In this document: one piece after another, positions 34,001 through 45,771 of the stretch
Numbering within the stretch: position 1 is the first letter of the stretch
Layout: every line of letters begins with the position of its first letter
From: Chrysochromulina tobinii
Taxonomy: Eukaryota
Direction of reading: 5' to 3'
Length of the DNA stretch: 45,772 bases
Assembly: GCA_001275005.1 (NCBI GenBank)
Contig: JWZX01003354.1
Span: 1-45,772 of the forward strand
The notes under the pieces: generated by a model
Databases searched by the model: none
Told to the model about the DNA's origin: nothing
What the model saw: the letters and a program-made list of their open reading frames with translations, nothing else
Translations under genes and position numbers: made by a program

Positions 34001-37000
34001 ATGCTCGCGAACCATTCACCTCGTGCATGAGCGTCACGTTGACGGTGGCAAAGCCGTCGATGGCGCGAACGGTCGACTCATTGACGCTGCCTGTAGGGCG
34101 TACCAGAGTCTCGCTGCTGAGGGCAAGCTCCCGTGCCGTTGGCCGGACGACAATCTCGCTCGAGAGGGCCGCCGGCGGTTGGCGCGAAAGCAGTTGCGCC
34201 GGAGGCAACGCGACACGGAGGGTCTCGGGGGCACTGATCTCATACCCGGCCATGGGCGGCATCAAAATCTCAATCGTGCGCTCGTCGAGGCGCCTCACAT
34301 CGTCGGGGCGGAGCGCAGGCTGCACCAGCGCGGCCCAGCCGGCTGGGTTGGCAGTAGCATCGACGTGGCTCACGAGCCCACTGAGCACATCGAGCGTGGA
34401 AGCTTCGTCGATCCCCACGCCGGGAGCAAAACGGTCTCCATGCAAACGGATCCGCAGGCGCACCCCAGTCGGGCCGCGCAGCTGATCCGCCTCGAGAGCC
34501 TCTGCGGCAGAGTCGCCCAGGTACGCATGCAAATCCACCGCCGAGGCAGCTGCGGCTCGGATGACGAAGCGCAGTGCATGCTCGGCCGCGCCGACGGCAC
34601 GCCGACCATCGAGTGCGGCCCCTGGCAGCTTGAGCTCCACCGTCTCGGGCTCGGAGATCGAGTAGCTCGGGATGGGAGATGGTAGCCGAATGGTCAGGTT
34701 ATGGCCAGTGTCCGCCGTGGCATTCTCGTTGCCCTCATCAAAGAACCACGTGCAGTTGTCCTGCAGCAACGGAGCGACCGTCTGCGCCCAGCCGCCCGGC
34801 TCGTCTTGGCGGCTCTGGAAGCTTCGCAAGATCTGGCGCCGTAGCTCTGTGTCGTTGAGGATCCCCACAGCCCAGGGCTCGCTCTCGGCGTCCTGCAGCT
34901 CGAGCACGAGCGTCGTCGGCGGCCTTCCGACCGACCCGCTCGGAAAGACTGCACGCACCGAGAGACGGCTTGGCGCCGCGTCGATGCGTAGCGCTTGCAC
35001 CGCCGTCCCATTCCGACCCGACGCGAGCGCGGCCCCTGGGATGCTCAAGTGCAGCACCTCTGGGGAGCGAATCGAGTACGCCGTCCGAGGGAACGTGATG
35101 GTCAGTACGGTGTTTGCCTCGCTCAGGTTGACGTGCTGTGTGGCGCGGAGCATTGGGAGCACAGCCACATTAAAGCCGCCGGGCTCCGCCCCATCGGCGA
35201 ACAGGCCGGTAGCGAGGAAGCTGCTCAGCGCCACGCTCGTGTTGGCCCACGAGTCCTCGCTCAGCTGCAGCACCAAGGTCGCCCCTCCCGCACGCAGGGT
35301 CTCCTCCGACGGCACTTCCACTAAGGTGCCTCGGACGGTGGCCGTCGCGTTCTGCTGGTACATGGGCTGCACCAGCCGCTCACGTTGAAGCGACGGCTCG
35401 GTGTTGTTGTAGAAGATCTGCCCGCCCAGAAGGCTTCGTCCTGGCTCGGGAGTGATGACTATGCGCTGGGGGGTCGTGATCACCTGGCGGCCTATCACCG
35501 ACTCGGGTGGCACTGCGAGCGTGATCGTCTCTGGGGCGTCGACATCGTACTCGGCTACGGCGGGCACCGTGATGATCACCATCGTATCCGAGATTCTGAC
35601 GAGCGTCTGCGGGGTCAGGACCGGGAGCACGCGCGAGTTCCATCCGTGGAGCTCTGACTGTAAGGAGAAGAGGCTCTGTAGCAGCTTGATGGTTGCCCCT
35701 GGCACGCTCAGATTGCCAACGCTCGGGTGCCACGCATCGCCCGTCAGGATGAGCGTGATCGTCGGTCGGGGAGCATAGATGTCGACAGCAGGGCGCAGGG
35801 CCGTCTCATCGGCGCCGTCCAATGCGGTGAGCAGCGTGACGCTCGCTGCAGCAGGCACGATGATGAACGATGGCTCTGCCACGATCGATTGGTTGGAGAG
35901 CACGGCCGCTGCGGGGAGCACGACGAGAAGCGTCTCAGGTTCGGACAGCCTGTACGAGGCGACCTGCGGCAACGTCACTGTCAGCCGTTGCGGGCTGAGG
36001 ACCTGCAGGGCGGACACGTTGAGTGCCGGTCGGACGGTCATTTCCCATATGCCCGCGCCGTTCGGAAGGGATTGGATGCCGTGGAGAACCTCAAGGGCGA
36101 CAGCCGCCGAAACGTTGCTCGTGAGAGCATCCGAAAAGGTATCGTCGCTCAGCGTGAGGGTCAGCTGTTGCCCGCCAAAGTCGTTGATGGCCGTCTGCGA
36201 GAGATTGGCCAGCAACGACCCGCTGGCGAAGGCAACGCCCGGTGTCGGCATCACGACGATTGGCGGCGTGGCGATGATCACCTTGCCCGAGTTGAGCGCG
36301 CTTGCAGGCAGTGTGACCACAATCGTCTCCGGGCGCGCAATGCTGTACGCGCTCACCCGGGGTACCGACACGTGCAACTCCCGGTCGCTCTGTCGCCGAA
36401 GATGAATTAGTGACAAGGCCGGCCGCACAACCGCCTCCCAGCCGTTAACTTCCGTGGAGAGTACACAGCGGATGCCGTCGAGAATCTCGACGGTGAGCTC
36501 GGCGGCGAAGGTGTCGTTCTCGAGCAGCACGACAAAGGACACCGAGTCTGCCTCGAGGTCGGCAATCGAGCGCTCCTGGATGAGAGTTGCGCTCGCGTTG
36601 AATTGAACGATGGCGGAGCCGGCGACCGCATCGACGGTGAATTGAAGGTGGCCTGACGGTCGAAGGTTGGTGCGCACGCAGCGGGAGGGGATGGTGATGA
36701 CCACGTCCTCGCGGCTGATCAGATCATACTGCGGCATGGGCGGCAGAGAGAGGAGGAGCGTCTGGTTATCGACGAGCTGGAGCATGTCCAAAGTGAGCCG
36801 CGGGCCCACCACTGCGTCCCATCCAAACGGATCCGAGCCGCGCGAAGTGAGCCCCTCAAACATGCCACTCAACTCGCTCTCCACCCACTCATCGCCTTCG
36901 AGGCGAATCACCAGCGAGGTGGCGTTGGCACGCAGCAGGGTCTCGTCAGCCTCGAGGAGCGACGAGCCCGCGCCAACACGACGCTCGAGGACGGCCGATC

Positions 37001-40000
37001 CGCGCTGTGGTAGCAGCACGAGCGGCGGCCACGCGGCGTAGAAACGGCCGGACCTGGCGATGCTTCCGGGCACGGTCACAAGCACACTCTCGGGCTCCGA
37101 GATGTTGTACGCCGCAATCGGAGGCAAGCTGATGGAGAGCGTATGCGCATCCAGAGCCACGATGCGCAAGTCGGTCGGGCAGGGCGCGAAGATGGTCCGG
37201 TTGACGTAGTGGATCTCTGCATGCGCACGCGGCGCCAAAGGATCAGGTGCCGATACGTTCACTGCATACGGGATCCCGGACACCCAACGCAAATCTTTGA
37301 CAAGATTGGTCGAGTTGAAGGGCAGCAGCAGGCATTGCGCGGCAATCGCAGCGTCCTTCGCCGCGCGTAGCACCGGCGTCACCGTGGCGCTCCAGCCAGT
37401 CCCGAGGCCACCGGCGGCGCCCACGCTTGTGATCGCATCGATCACTGCGTCCCACGACGATTCGGGAAGCGGGAGCGGGAGCGGCATGGCGCCAGCAGGC
37501 AGCCCAATCAGCGTGCGCACCAATGGATTGTTGCCCTGCTCCTGCCAATCGACCCACGTGTCATGGACGAGCTCGAGTTGCAGCGTGAGAGGTGTGCCGC
37601 TGGCCCCTTCTCTGCCCATCTGAAGCGTGAGCTCATCAGGGTGCTCGAGCAGCGTGCCGGTCACGGACGCCTTGCCAGGCTCTGCTAGGATCAGCAGCGT
37701 GGGGGCCGCCTCGAGCTCCCGGCGCGAGGCGAGCACCGCCGCCGGTACGGTAAAGGCGATCGCCTCGGGCGCGGTGATGTCGTACGCGGCGGCCTGTGGG
37801 AATCCAAGGCGCATCGTGCGATTGTCGACGAGATAGGCGTCCAGATCACGCGTCAGGGCTGGGGTGAGCATGGCCTCCCAGCCTCCAGCCTCAGGAGCCG
37901 TCGCAAGCGAGCGGAAGCCAGCGACGAGCGCCCTCTCGTACCCGGGAAGCAATGCAAACGTGTCGTTCTCGAGGGAGATGACCACGTGCACGTCGGCGCC
38001 CGCCGAGCGTACTAGAATCTCGTCCCCACTGGTGACCAGCGTGCCCGAGAGCCGTGCACCGCGGCTGACCGGCGTGGCCGAGATCTCAAGCGTCATCGCC
38101 GCCTCGAGATCGGCCTCAGATACGAGCAGGCTCGCGGGCACACGCATCCCAATGGTCTCTGGGAAGGCGATGCGGTACTCGGGCACAGGCGCCATGCTGA
38201 GGACGAGCGTCTGCGCATCGATCCGCTGGAGCATCGAGGGTGCAAGCCTCGGCCGAATGACTTGGTTCCAACCGCCCTCCTCATTCTGGTCAGAGAGCAG
38301 CCCGGCTAGAAGCTGGGCCGTGGCGGCGTCGCCCTCGGCTGTCCTGGCGCCTACTGCGGGCACGAACGAGTCGTTACTCAGCCGAAACTCGAGCGTGGCG
38401 TTGAAGTAGCTCTCTATCGAGCTCCACGGCGCCGAGTTGGCAAGGCCCGTTTGGACCCACGTGTCACGAGAGAAGCACACGTGCTCGTCGCTGAGCGTGC
38501 GGTTGCACGATTCGCCCATGCGACGAGCGGGAAAGAAACGACTCACCTCGCATGTGGGTACGGTGCGCATCGTGACGTTGCACAGCCCGCCGGCGAACGT
38601 GAGTGCTCCGGGCGTCGAGGCGATCGAAAGGGAGGGGTATACGGTGCAATTGGCATCCTTCGAGGCTAGCGCAATCGACGGGATCACAAACGAGAGCATC
38701 TCGGGCGCCGTGATTTCGTATGCGGGAGCCCTCACGTCGAGGCGTATGGTCGTGTCGTTGAGCCGCCAGACGTTGCCGTACCGGCCGAAGGCGTTCGATG
38801 CAAGCTGAGGCGTGACGATGGCCGTCCAGCCCGTCGGCTCGGTTCCGGAGGCGCGAATGCCCTCGAGCAACGCTTCGGTGGCCTCGCCAGCGCGGCCAAT
38901 GTCAGCCACCCATGCGTCCGAGTGGAGCGTGAGGAAGAGCGACGCCCCGGTCTGCACCGCGACTTCTGTGCCATCGAGCAGGGATCCTGATAACCTGACG
39001 TACCCGGCCTCAGCCCGCAGCTGCAGCGTGTTCCGTGCCTCGATGCGCTCATTCGAAAGCACGGCCGCAGCTGGGATCGTCAGTTCCACAGCCTGCGACG
39101 CAAGCAGGTCAAAGCGCGCCGCCTGCGGCAAGAAGATTCGAAGATGCGTGTCGTCCAGCCGTACCACGCTCTTCTCCGTGAGCAACGGCGCCATTTCCAC
39201 GTCCCACCCATGCCGTTCTGCGCTCTCGAGCTGCTGGCCGCCCACAAACCGGGGCACTGCCCGCAGACCGGAGAGCAGCTCGCGCACAATCTCGGCGCCT
39301 TCGGCCAGATTGAGATGGCGCACGAACCTGAAGAGGGGTACAATCAGCGGTCATCACAAGACAATCAGGGCCAATCAGAGGCAGTCTCCGGTTGAGATTG
39401 CGGACGAACCGATCGCCCTCGAGCGTCACGTCGAGCGTCAGCGCCGTGCCGTCCGTTGCCGCCTCGCGCAGGTGGTGCTCGCGATTCGACTCGAAGAGGG
39501 TGCCGCCGAGCGTCGCGCTGCCGCGGGTCGCATAGATGACAAAGGCCGGGCGCGCGACTGTGCGCTGCTTCGAAGCGAGCAGTGCGCCGGGCACGACGAC
39601 GGAGATGGTCTCTGGCGCCCGCGTGTTGTACAGCAAGGATGTGGGGAGTCGGACAGCGAGGGTGTGCTCATCGAGCACGGTCACCACGTCGCTCTTGCCC
39701 GATAAGGTAGCAAGCACGGTCGACTCCCACGCGCCTTCGGCCAACTCATTCGATTGCATCGAGTAGATGAGCTCGAGCGCGAGCTCGTCGAGGTTGGCAT
39801 CGTCGGCGATCCGGTCTCCGAAGAGTGTGATATTCACACTGTGGTCGCCCGCGGCTAACGTTACCTCGTAAGGCGGCGGCGGCGGCGCAGGTGGTGGCAC
39901 CAAGGGCGGGGGCGGCGCGTACGCGCCTGTGTCCGATGGCACTGGAGGCAGCGGCGGCGGATGAAACGGCGGCGGCGGCACAGATGGCGGGCGACGGGGT

Positions 40001-43000
40001 GGCGGTGACGGCGGCGGGGGAGGGTGTGGTGGAAAAGGTGTGAGTCGCGGTGGGCTCCGTGGCGGTAGAGGTGGCAAGGGCGGCGGAGAGGGGGGTGGCT
40101 CAGGTGGGGGACGTGGAGGCGGCTTGGGTGGATACGACGGTGGCGGTGCGCCTGGCGGCGGAGGCGACGGCGAGGGTGGCAACGGGGGGGGTGGGCAAGG
40201 AGGCGGTGGACGCCGTGGTGGTGCTGATGGTGGGGGCGACGAAGGCGGAGCCTCGTCGGGTGGATAGCTTGGAGGCGATGGCGGCGACGGTGGAGCCGGC
40301 GGGCTCCATGGTGGGAGCAGCGGCGGTAGTGACGGCGGCGGCGGGTGGTGGAGCTGGAAGCGCTCCTCGCGTGTGTCGAACAGGAGCGGGCCGTGGAGCG
40401 TTGCCACACCCGGCAGCGCCTCGATCACCACACTCGGCGTCGCCACAATGGGCTCCCCGGACACAAGGGCAGCGCCGGGAATGTACGCGGTCAGCGTCTC
40501 CGGTGCGTCGATGTGGTATGCAGGGAGAGCCGGCAACGTGATGACGACCGTCGTGGCGTCGACGCGCCGGAGGTCGGAATAGACGAGGGACGGCCGCACA
40601 ACGGCACTCCAGCCACGGTCCTCGGGCCCATGCGCCGCATCTGACGAGATCAAGCCCGCGAAAAGGCTCATGGTCACGTCCGCGCCTGTGCGCATGCCGA
40701 GCGTGCCGGCGAACTCGTCGTTGAAGAGTCGCAGCATGATCTGGGCGGGCGAGATCGAGCGTACGTGCGCCTCGGTCAGGGTCGTGCCAGTCAGGCCACT
40801 GCTCGCATCTGTCACGATTCCGAACTCCGCGCGCCCAGCGGTGGCGATGACCACAAACGAGGGACTTGCCAAGACCCTCTGCCCCGCTTCGAGGGCGGCG
40901 CCTGGGATCGAGACGCTAATCGTCTCCGGCACCGAAATGTCGTACGTTGGACACGTCGGCAGTGTGACCGTAACGACTGTCGTCTGCTCGCGCCTTACAT
41001 TGAGCTTCTGCAGCCGGGGCGCGACGACGGCATTCCATCCGTTGGGTTCATTGGACGACGAGCGAACCCCACTCAGCAAGGCCTCCGTGGCCGCCGGGTT
41101 GACATATCGGTGCCCCACAAATGCATCCCACGTGTCATTGACCGTGGTCAGCTCGAACGTCAGGGTACCCGCGGCGGCCATGCGCAAATCCTCCTCGGTG
41201 AGGCGTTCGAGCGCCCGACCTGAGACGAGCACCGCACCGCTCGAGGCGCGAATCCGGAAGGCGGGCGCGACGAAAACGCGGCTGCCACTCCTGACCGACG
41301 AGCTAGGGAGCGTGAGCGTGATGGTCTCCGGAGAATCGATCTCGTACGTGGGATAGCTTGGGAACGTGATTGTGATCTGCTGCGTCGCCCGGTCGAGTGT
41401 CACGGCCTCGGCGGGTAGCGTGCCGCGTACGATCGAGTTCCAGCCGAAGGAGTTGCGCGAGCTGGTGGCCACGAGCGCGTCGAGCATCGCGGTGGTGACG
41501 CAAAAGGCCCCATCGGTACACGGTTCACCGATGCCCTCCGCCCACTCGTCGCCGCTCAGCGTGACCGAGAGCGAGTAATTGGCCTGTCGGCGCAGGTCCG
41601 CCTCTGCGATGTTTTGGAGCATCGTGCCGCTGAAGAGACCAATGGGCGCGGGCGCCTGCACGATGAAGCTGGGCTGGGCCGAGATCGGCTGCGCATTGCT
41701 GCCCGACTGCCGAAGGACCGAAGGCGGCAGCACGACCGAGATGGTCTCGGGCGAGTTGATGGAGTACGCGGCGAACTGCGGGATGGTGATGTTGGCGGTG
41801 CGCAGGTCGATGACGCGCACGTTCGTGTAGTTGAGCGTCTGCCGCACGATCGTGTTCCAGCCGAACTCTGCGTCCGAGGCCTCGGCGAGCACGGCACGGG
41901 CGAGCTCCGTCTGGAGATCCTCGGAGGTCAGCAGCGCATCGACAAAGTCCACATCGTTCAGGTACATGGTGAGGTAGTTCTGGCCGTTCGCCGATTGGAT
42001 CGACTCGCCGTTGGCATTGGCAAGGAGGGTACCTGAGAGGGTGGCACTGCCGCGCGTGGCATCGATGATCAGCGCTCCCGCCGGCCCTGCGGCAACCACC
42101 GCGAGGCTGGCTCCCGAGAGCACGGCCTCCGCTGGTATCTCGACGAAAATGGTCTCAGGAGCGGTAATGTCGTACGCGGCCGCTTGCGGGATCGAGAGCA
42201 CGACCGTGGTGCCATCTATGCGCGTGATGTCACTCGGCCTCAGCAGGGGCCGGACCACCGCGTTCCAGCCCGTGGCCGACTCGCTCTGAAGCGAGGTAAG
42301 CGATCGGAGCAGCGCCCAACTGGCTTCGGAAGCCTCGCCCACGTCGTCGCGGAAGAGGTCGCCCGTGAGCACGATCTGCAGCTCGAGCGATTCCATGGAG
42401 CGCAGATCGCTCTCCGTCTTATCGCGCAGCAGGAAACGGCCGTTGAGTGAATTACGGTCGGTCAGCTCGGCACGAGAGCCCGGTGCAGCGAGCACCCGCA
42501 GCAACAGCGGGGCGACGATCTTAGCGCCTGAGCTCAGCGAGCTCGGCGGTAGCTCGAGGGAGAGCGTCTCGTCCATCAGAATCTCGTAGCTTGCCGACGC
42601 GGGGATGCTCAGCTTGAGCAAAGAGTCGGCCTGTCGCTCAACGCGGACGAGCGGCTGCAGGACCGCGTTGAAGGAGGTGGCGATGGTTGTTGAGGAGCGC
42701 AAGCCGTGACGAATATCCGCCACTATGTCCGCCGTCAGATGGCTCACAAAGGTATCGTGGCGCAGCTCGACGTACAGCTCATACACAGAGGGCGCCCCCG
42801 GCACGGCCGCAGAGAGACTTGTCTCCTTGAGGCCGTCGAGCAACAGGGTGCCGTTGAGGTCCATCTGGCCGGGCGTAGGCCGGACGACGAGGTCGAAGGC
42901 CGCAAGGGTGGCATTCAGAGAGTGAGTCGCCTCGCTCGGGAGGTGCAGCCTGAGCGTTTCGGCCTGCGCGATCTCGTACACAGCGAACTGGGAGAAGGTG

Positions 43001-45771
43001 ATGACGAGCGTGATCCCGTCCACGTATCGCACATCCTCGGCCGCAAGGCGAGGGCGCACAACGGCATTGTAGCCTGAGGGCTGATCGGTGGTGCACTCGA
43101 TCGAACTGAGCACCGACTGCGCCAACGTGTAGTTCGGCGTGCGGTGCCCGGCGCCGTCGGCGCCCCAAGCTTCGGCTTCCCGCCAAGTCGCGCCGATCAA
43201 GCTGAGCACAAGGGTCAGCTCCCCCGCGGTCGCAAGTGCTTGCTCTGTGAGCCCCCCCTGCCCGAGCAGCGTGCCTCCGAGAGAGAGCTGCGGCGCATCC
43301 GAGCTGATCACGAACGAGGCGGCCGGCACCGCGGCCGCAGAGCGCACCGAGGCAAGCGGGAGCGTCACCACTACCGTCTCCGGTTCGGTGAGGTCGTACA
43401 GGTCCATGGGAGGGAGATCGACGCGCAGCTCGGCCTCGCTGACGCGAGAGACGTGCCTCGGCTCGAGCGCCCTGGACGCGACCGCATTCCAGCCTCGTGC
43501 CTCCGAGCCACTCGAAATCATGCTGGCGAGGAGCGAGGCTGTGGCGGCAAGGCCCTCGATGCTGGATAGTCCCACAGCCGCCGCCCACGTGTCGTTGGCC
43601 AAGGTGAGCCGCAAGACGTTGGTGCGCGACTGCATGGCGGCTTCGGTCAGCTCGCTCGATGGCCGTCGAGGCGCGAGCTGCACCGACTCGACTGCGATCG
43701 CGAGCGTGCCTGGGACCGCCGCGATCGAAAAGGCGCCCGCGTTCATGACAGGTGCGCCAAACGAGACGAGCGACGAGTGAATGGTGACGCGCACCAGCTC
43801 CGGGGCGTGGATGTCGTACTTGGGGAGCGGCGGCAAGCCGATGACGACCGCACTCGCATTGACGAGCGTCACGTTGGGCGCAGTCACATCGAGCATCGCG
43901 TTCAGACCGCCCGATTCCGCCTGATCGGAGCGGATGCCGGCGAGCAGGTGCGCGGGGGCATCGTCCGCGGCCCAAAAGTGATGAATCTCTCGGCCGATGG
44001 TCCGATTGATAGCCCATGTGCATCCCGAGAGCACGATGACGAGGTCATTCCCGCCGGACGAGCGCAACGCCTCCTCTGACGCACCCACAAGAGTGCCCTC
44101 AAGGGCTAGAGTGCACGGCACCGGCTCGATACGCAACGGTGGCTCGACGACCTGCACGACGGCCGAGGCGATCGCGGAGGCGGGCAGGACGACGGTCAAC
44201 TCCTCGATCTGGTCGGGCAGATCGTACCGAGCAGCTCCGCCCGCCCGACCGACGATGACCAGGTCGAGGACGGTGTCGTTAACCCTCGTGAAGTTGAGCG
44301 ACGAAAGGTCCGGAAGCACCGTCGCCGTCCATCCCAGCAACGTGGCTGGGGCAGCAAGCAGACCCGAAGTGAGCTCGAGGCAAGCCTGGGGGCTGAGAGG
44401 GTCCACCCAGAGGTCGTCAAAAAGAGTGATGCGCAGCCGCAGCTCGTCGAGCTGGATGGACGTTTCACGAAGCGACGCGCGTCGTGTGAACGAGCCAGAC
44501 AGCACCGCTCGCCCGTTGGTCGCATTGATGGTGATCGTGAGCGGGTTCTCGATTGCAAGCGGAGCGTTGGAGAGCAGCGCAGATGCAGGCAGCGTCACCT
44601 CAAGCGCTTCAGCCGAAGTGACAAAGTATTGCGCCATCTGGGGCAGTGACAGCTCGACGAGCGTGTCAGAGAGCCGAGAGAGGCGCAGATGAGCGAGCTC
44701 ATCCGTCTCCACCTCTGTCATCAGCGCGTTCCAGGCAGTGAACGCCTCAGCCGGCGCTAGTTGCATACCTCCCACGTCATGGTATATGACTGGGGGATGC
44801 GTCCGCAGGGAGGCGAGTAGCTGACGGCTCGGGCAGATGAGATCTCCCTCGAGGCAGTACTTATCGTTCCGGCCAATCGCAGGATGCCATCGCTCGCCAC
44901 TGTAGAGGGCGAGGGCGAGCGAGTATTCGGTCGCCGAGCGCAGCATGGCCCTCGTGAGCAACGAGCCATCGCGGAGAGCAATGCTCGCGTTCCCGGGCTC
45001 TGCGTCGATGCGCAGGCCAGCAGAGCCCGTGACGGCGCCGTGACTGAAGGTGGACGTCAGTGGCTGGCCGGAGACGACCAGCTTGGCTGGGACGACCAGC
45101 GTGAGGGTCTCGGGCGAGTCGATGGCATACCCGGGATGTGCGTCGATGGCAATTCGGACGGTGGTGTCGTTAATACGCGTAACGCGTTCTGGCACGCCGA
45201 GGAGACTCTGACGGATGGTGGCGCTCCAGCCTCGGCGCTCGGCTTGCATGGACGAGAGGGCGCGGAGCAGAGCGACGCGCAGAGGGTCGGTAAGGGTCGC
45301 ATTCTCGTACACGACAAGCTGCAAGTACTCACGCTCGAACACGTGCGCCGGACGGCCGTTGACGGCCGAGCATAGCGAGGGGGGGACCACGGGCGGAGAG
45401 GGCGGTGGCGAGGGCGGCGGCGGCGAAGGTGGCGGCGAGGGCAGTGGAGGCGAGGGCGGCGGCGAAGGCGGCGGCGGCGAGGGCGGTGGAGGGGAGGGCG
45501 GCGGTGGCGATGGCGGCGGTGGCTTGGGCGGAGGCTTGGGCGGTGGCGAGGGTGGTGGTGGCGAGGGTGGTGGTGAAGGTGGTGGTGGTAAGGGTGGTGG
45601 CGAGGGTGGAGGAGGCGACGGCGGTGGTGGTGAGGGTGGCGGCGACGGCGGCGGGGATGGAGGTGGTGGCGAGGGTGGCGGCGAGGGCGGAGGCGAGGGT
45701 GGTGGTATAGGAGGAGGCAAGGGGGCCTTGTCTGGTAACCAAGGGGGAGGCAAGGGTGGTGGCGACGGTGG
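3577..45771 (-). CDS. Giant (>14,000 aa, 5'-partial) repeat-array cell-surface glycoprotein with ~130-aa repeats, Pro-rich tracts, PPC-like domains and a GPI-type tail; one intron (39328-39409) and two +1 frameshifts (~24419, ~7588)
   Basis: ORFs 39109..45753, 24219..39323, 7508..24394 and 3577..7611 all encode the same repeat (A.LSG.LL...E..LR...L.L.L.GD.W...LL.GL.S.Q.E..GWN.VVRP.L...R...L.I.LP...Y.I.APETI.V.VP..AL.S). Each junction falls inside a repeat, and the consensus continues in the next frame. The frame is open to the right edge (PPSPPPL...). Confidence 0.85.
3580..3695 (-). other. C-terminal GPI-anchor-like signal / hydrophobic tail
   Basis: ...RSSSAPRRGSGSACELLPVALALTAAIIVAWSGGVAAA*: small-residue omega-like site, basic spacer, terminal hydrophobic stretch, no cytoplasmic tail. 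Confidence 0.6.
3830..6040 (-). other. About four PPC-like (pre-peptidase C-terminal type) beta-sandwich domains
   Basis: Repeated patterns LVSGQTRTGQL...QWYTF, APIAAGDWHYFRI, GCLAYGQWREYRI...IYIRRDAPPTEDLYD...WYVAV, YRDFVV...IYLKH...GGWYISI. Confidence 0.5.
5029..5124. repeat. 12-bp minisatellite (GAGATCGCCTCC) x7 perfect + 1 variant, encoding DLGG repeats on the - strand
   Basis: Directly visible tandem units 5029-5112, then gagatcgcttcc at 5113-5124. Confidence 0.95.
7588..7589 (-). other. +1 frameshift (one extra base)
   Basis: Minus strand GGC ACG CTC [G] CTG CAA GGC GTC GAC GAG. Deleting one base gives GRAIVIGTLLQGVDENIMR, the repeat consensus. Confidence 0.8.
24419..24421 (-). other. 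+1 frameshift (extra C in a CCC run)
   Basis: Minus strand ACC ATC ACC [C] ATC CCG CCC GCC CCC GCG TAC TCC GTG ACG CGT CCG GAG ACC. Deleting one C gives TITIPPAPAYSVTRPETI, the repeat consensus. Confidence 0.85.
25554..25955. repeat. 402-bp direct repeat, copy A (matches 32823-33224)
   Basis: Same sequence as 32823-33224 by eye, apart from one C/T difference (25881 vs 33150). The offset of 7269 bp is in frame. Confidence 0.9.
32823..33224. repeat. 402-bp direct repeat, copy B (matches 25554-25955)
   Basis: Both copies encode LPADAVRSAQPLVVGRFVVG...PETISLTVPPAAT. Confidence 0.9.
39328..39409 (-). other. Spliceosomal intron (82 nt, phase 2) in the giant gene
   Basis: Minus strand GATCG|GTTCGT...CTGATTG x3...cccctcttCAG|GTTCGTG. 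Splicing yields EGDR|FVRHLNLAEGAE, joining the two ORF frames exactly. Confidence 0.85.
39870..40350 (-). repeat. Extensin-like Pro-rich (SPn) coding tract
   Basis: About 160 codons of PPPPSLPP...PPPAPPPPP; ggc/ggt/gga runs on the + strand. Confidence 0.9.

Noticed and set aside
3611..45710. Numerous + strand and alternate-frame ORFs of 60-480 aa overlapping the giant gene
   Set aside because: Shadow ORFs expected from GC-rich codon bias. Their translations are Arg/Ala/Ser-rich with no recognisable motifs and mirror the periodicity of the real frame.
3577..45753. Four separate genes or an operon, as the ORF track suggests
   Set aside because: The ORF starts are GTG/TTG codons in mid-repeat with no signal peptides, and each junction restores the repeat consensus when joined.
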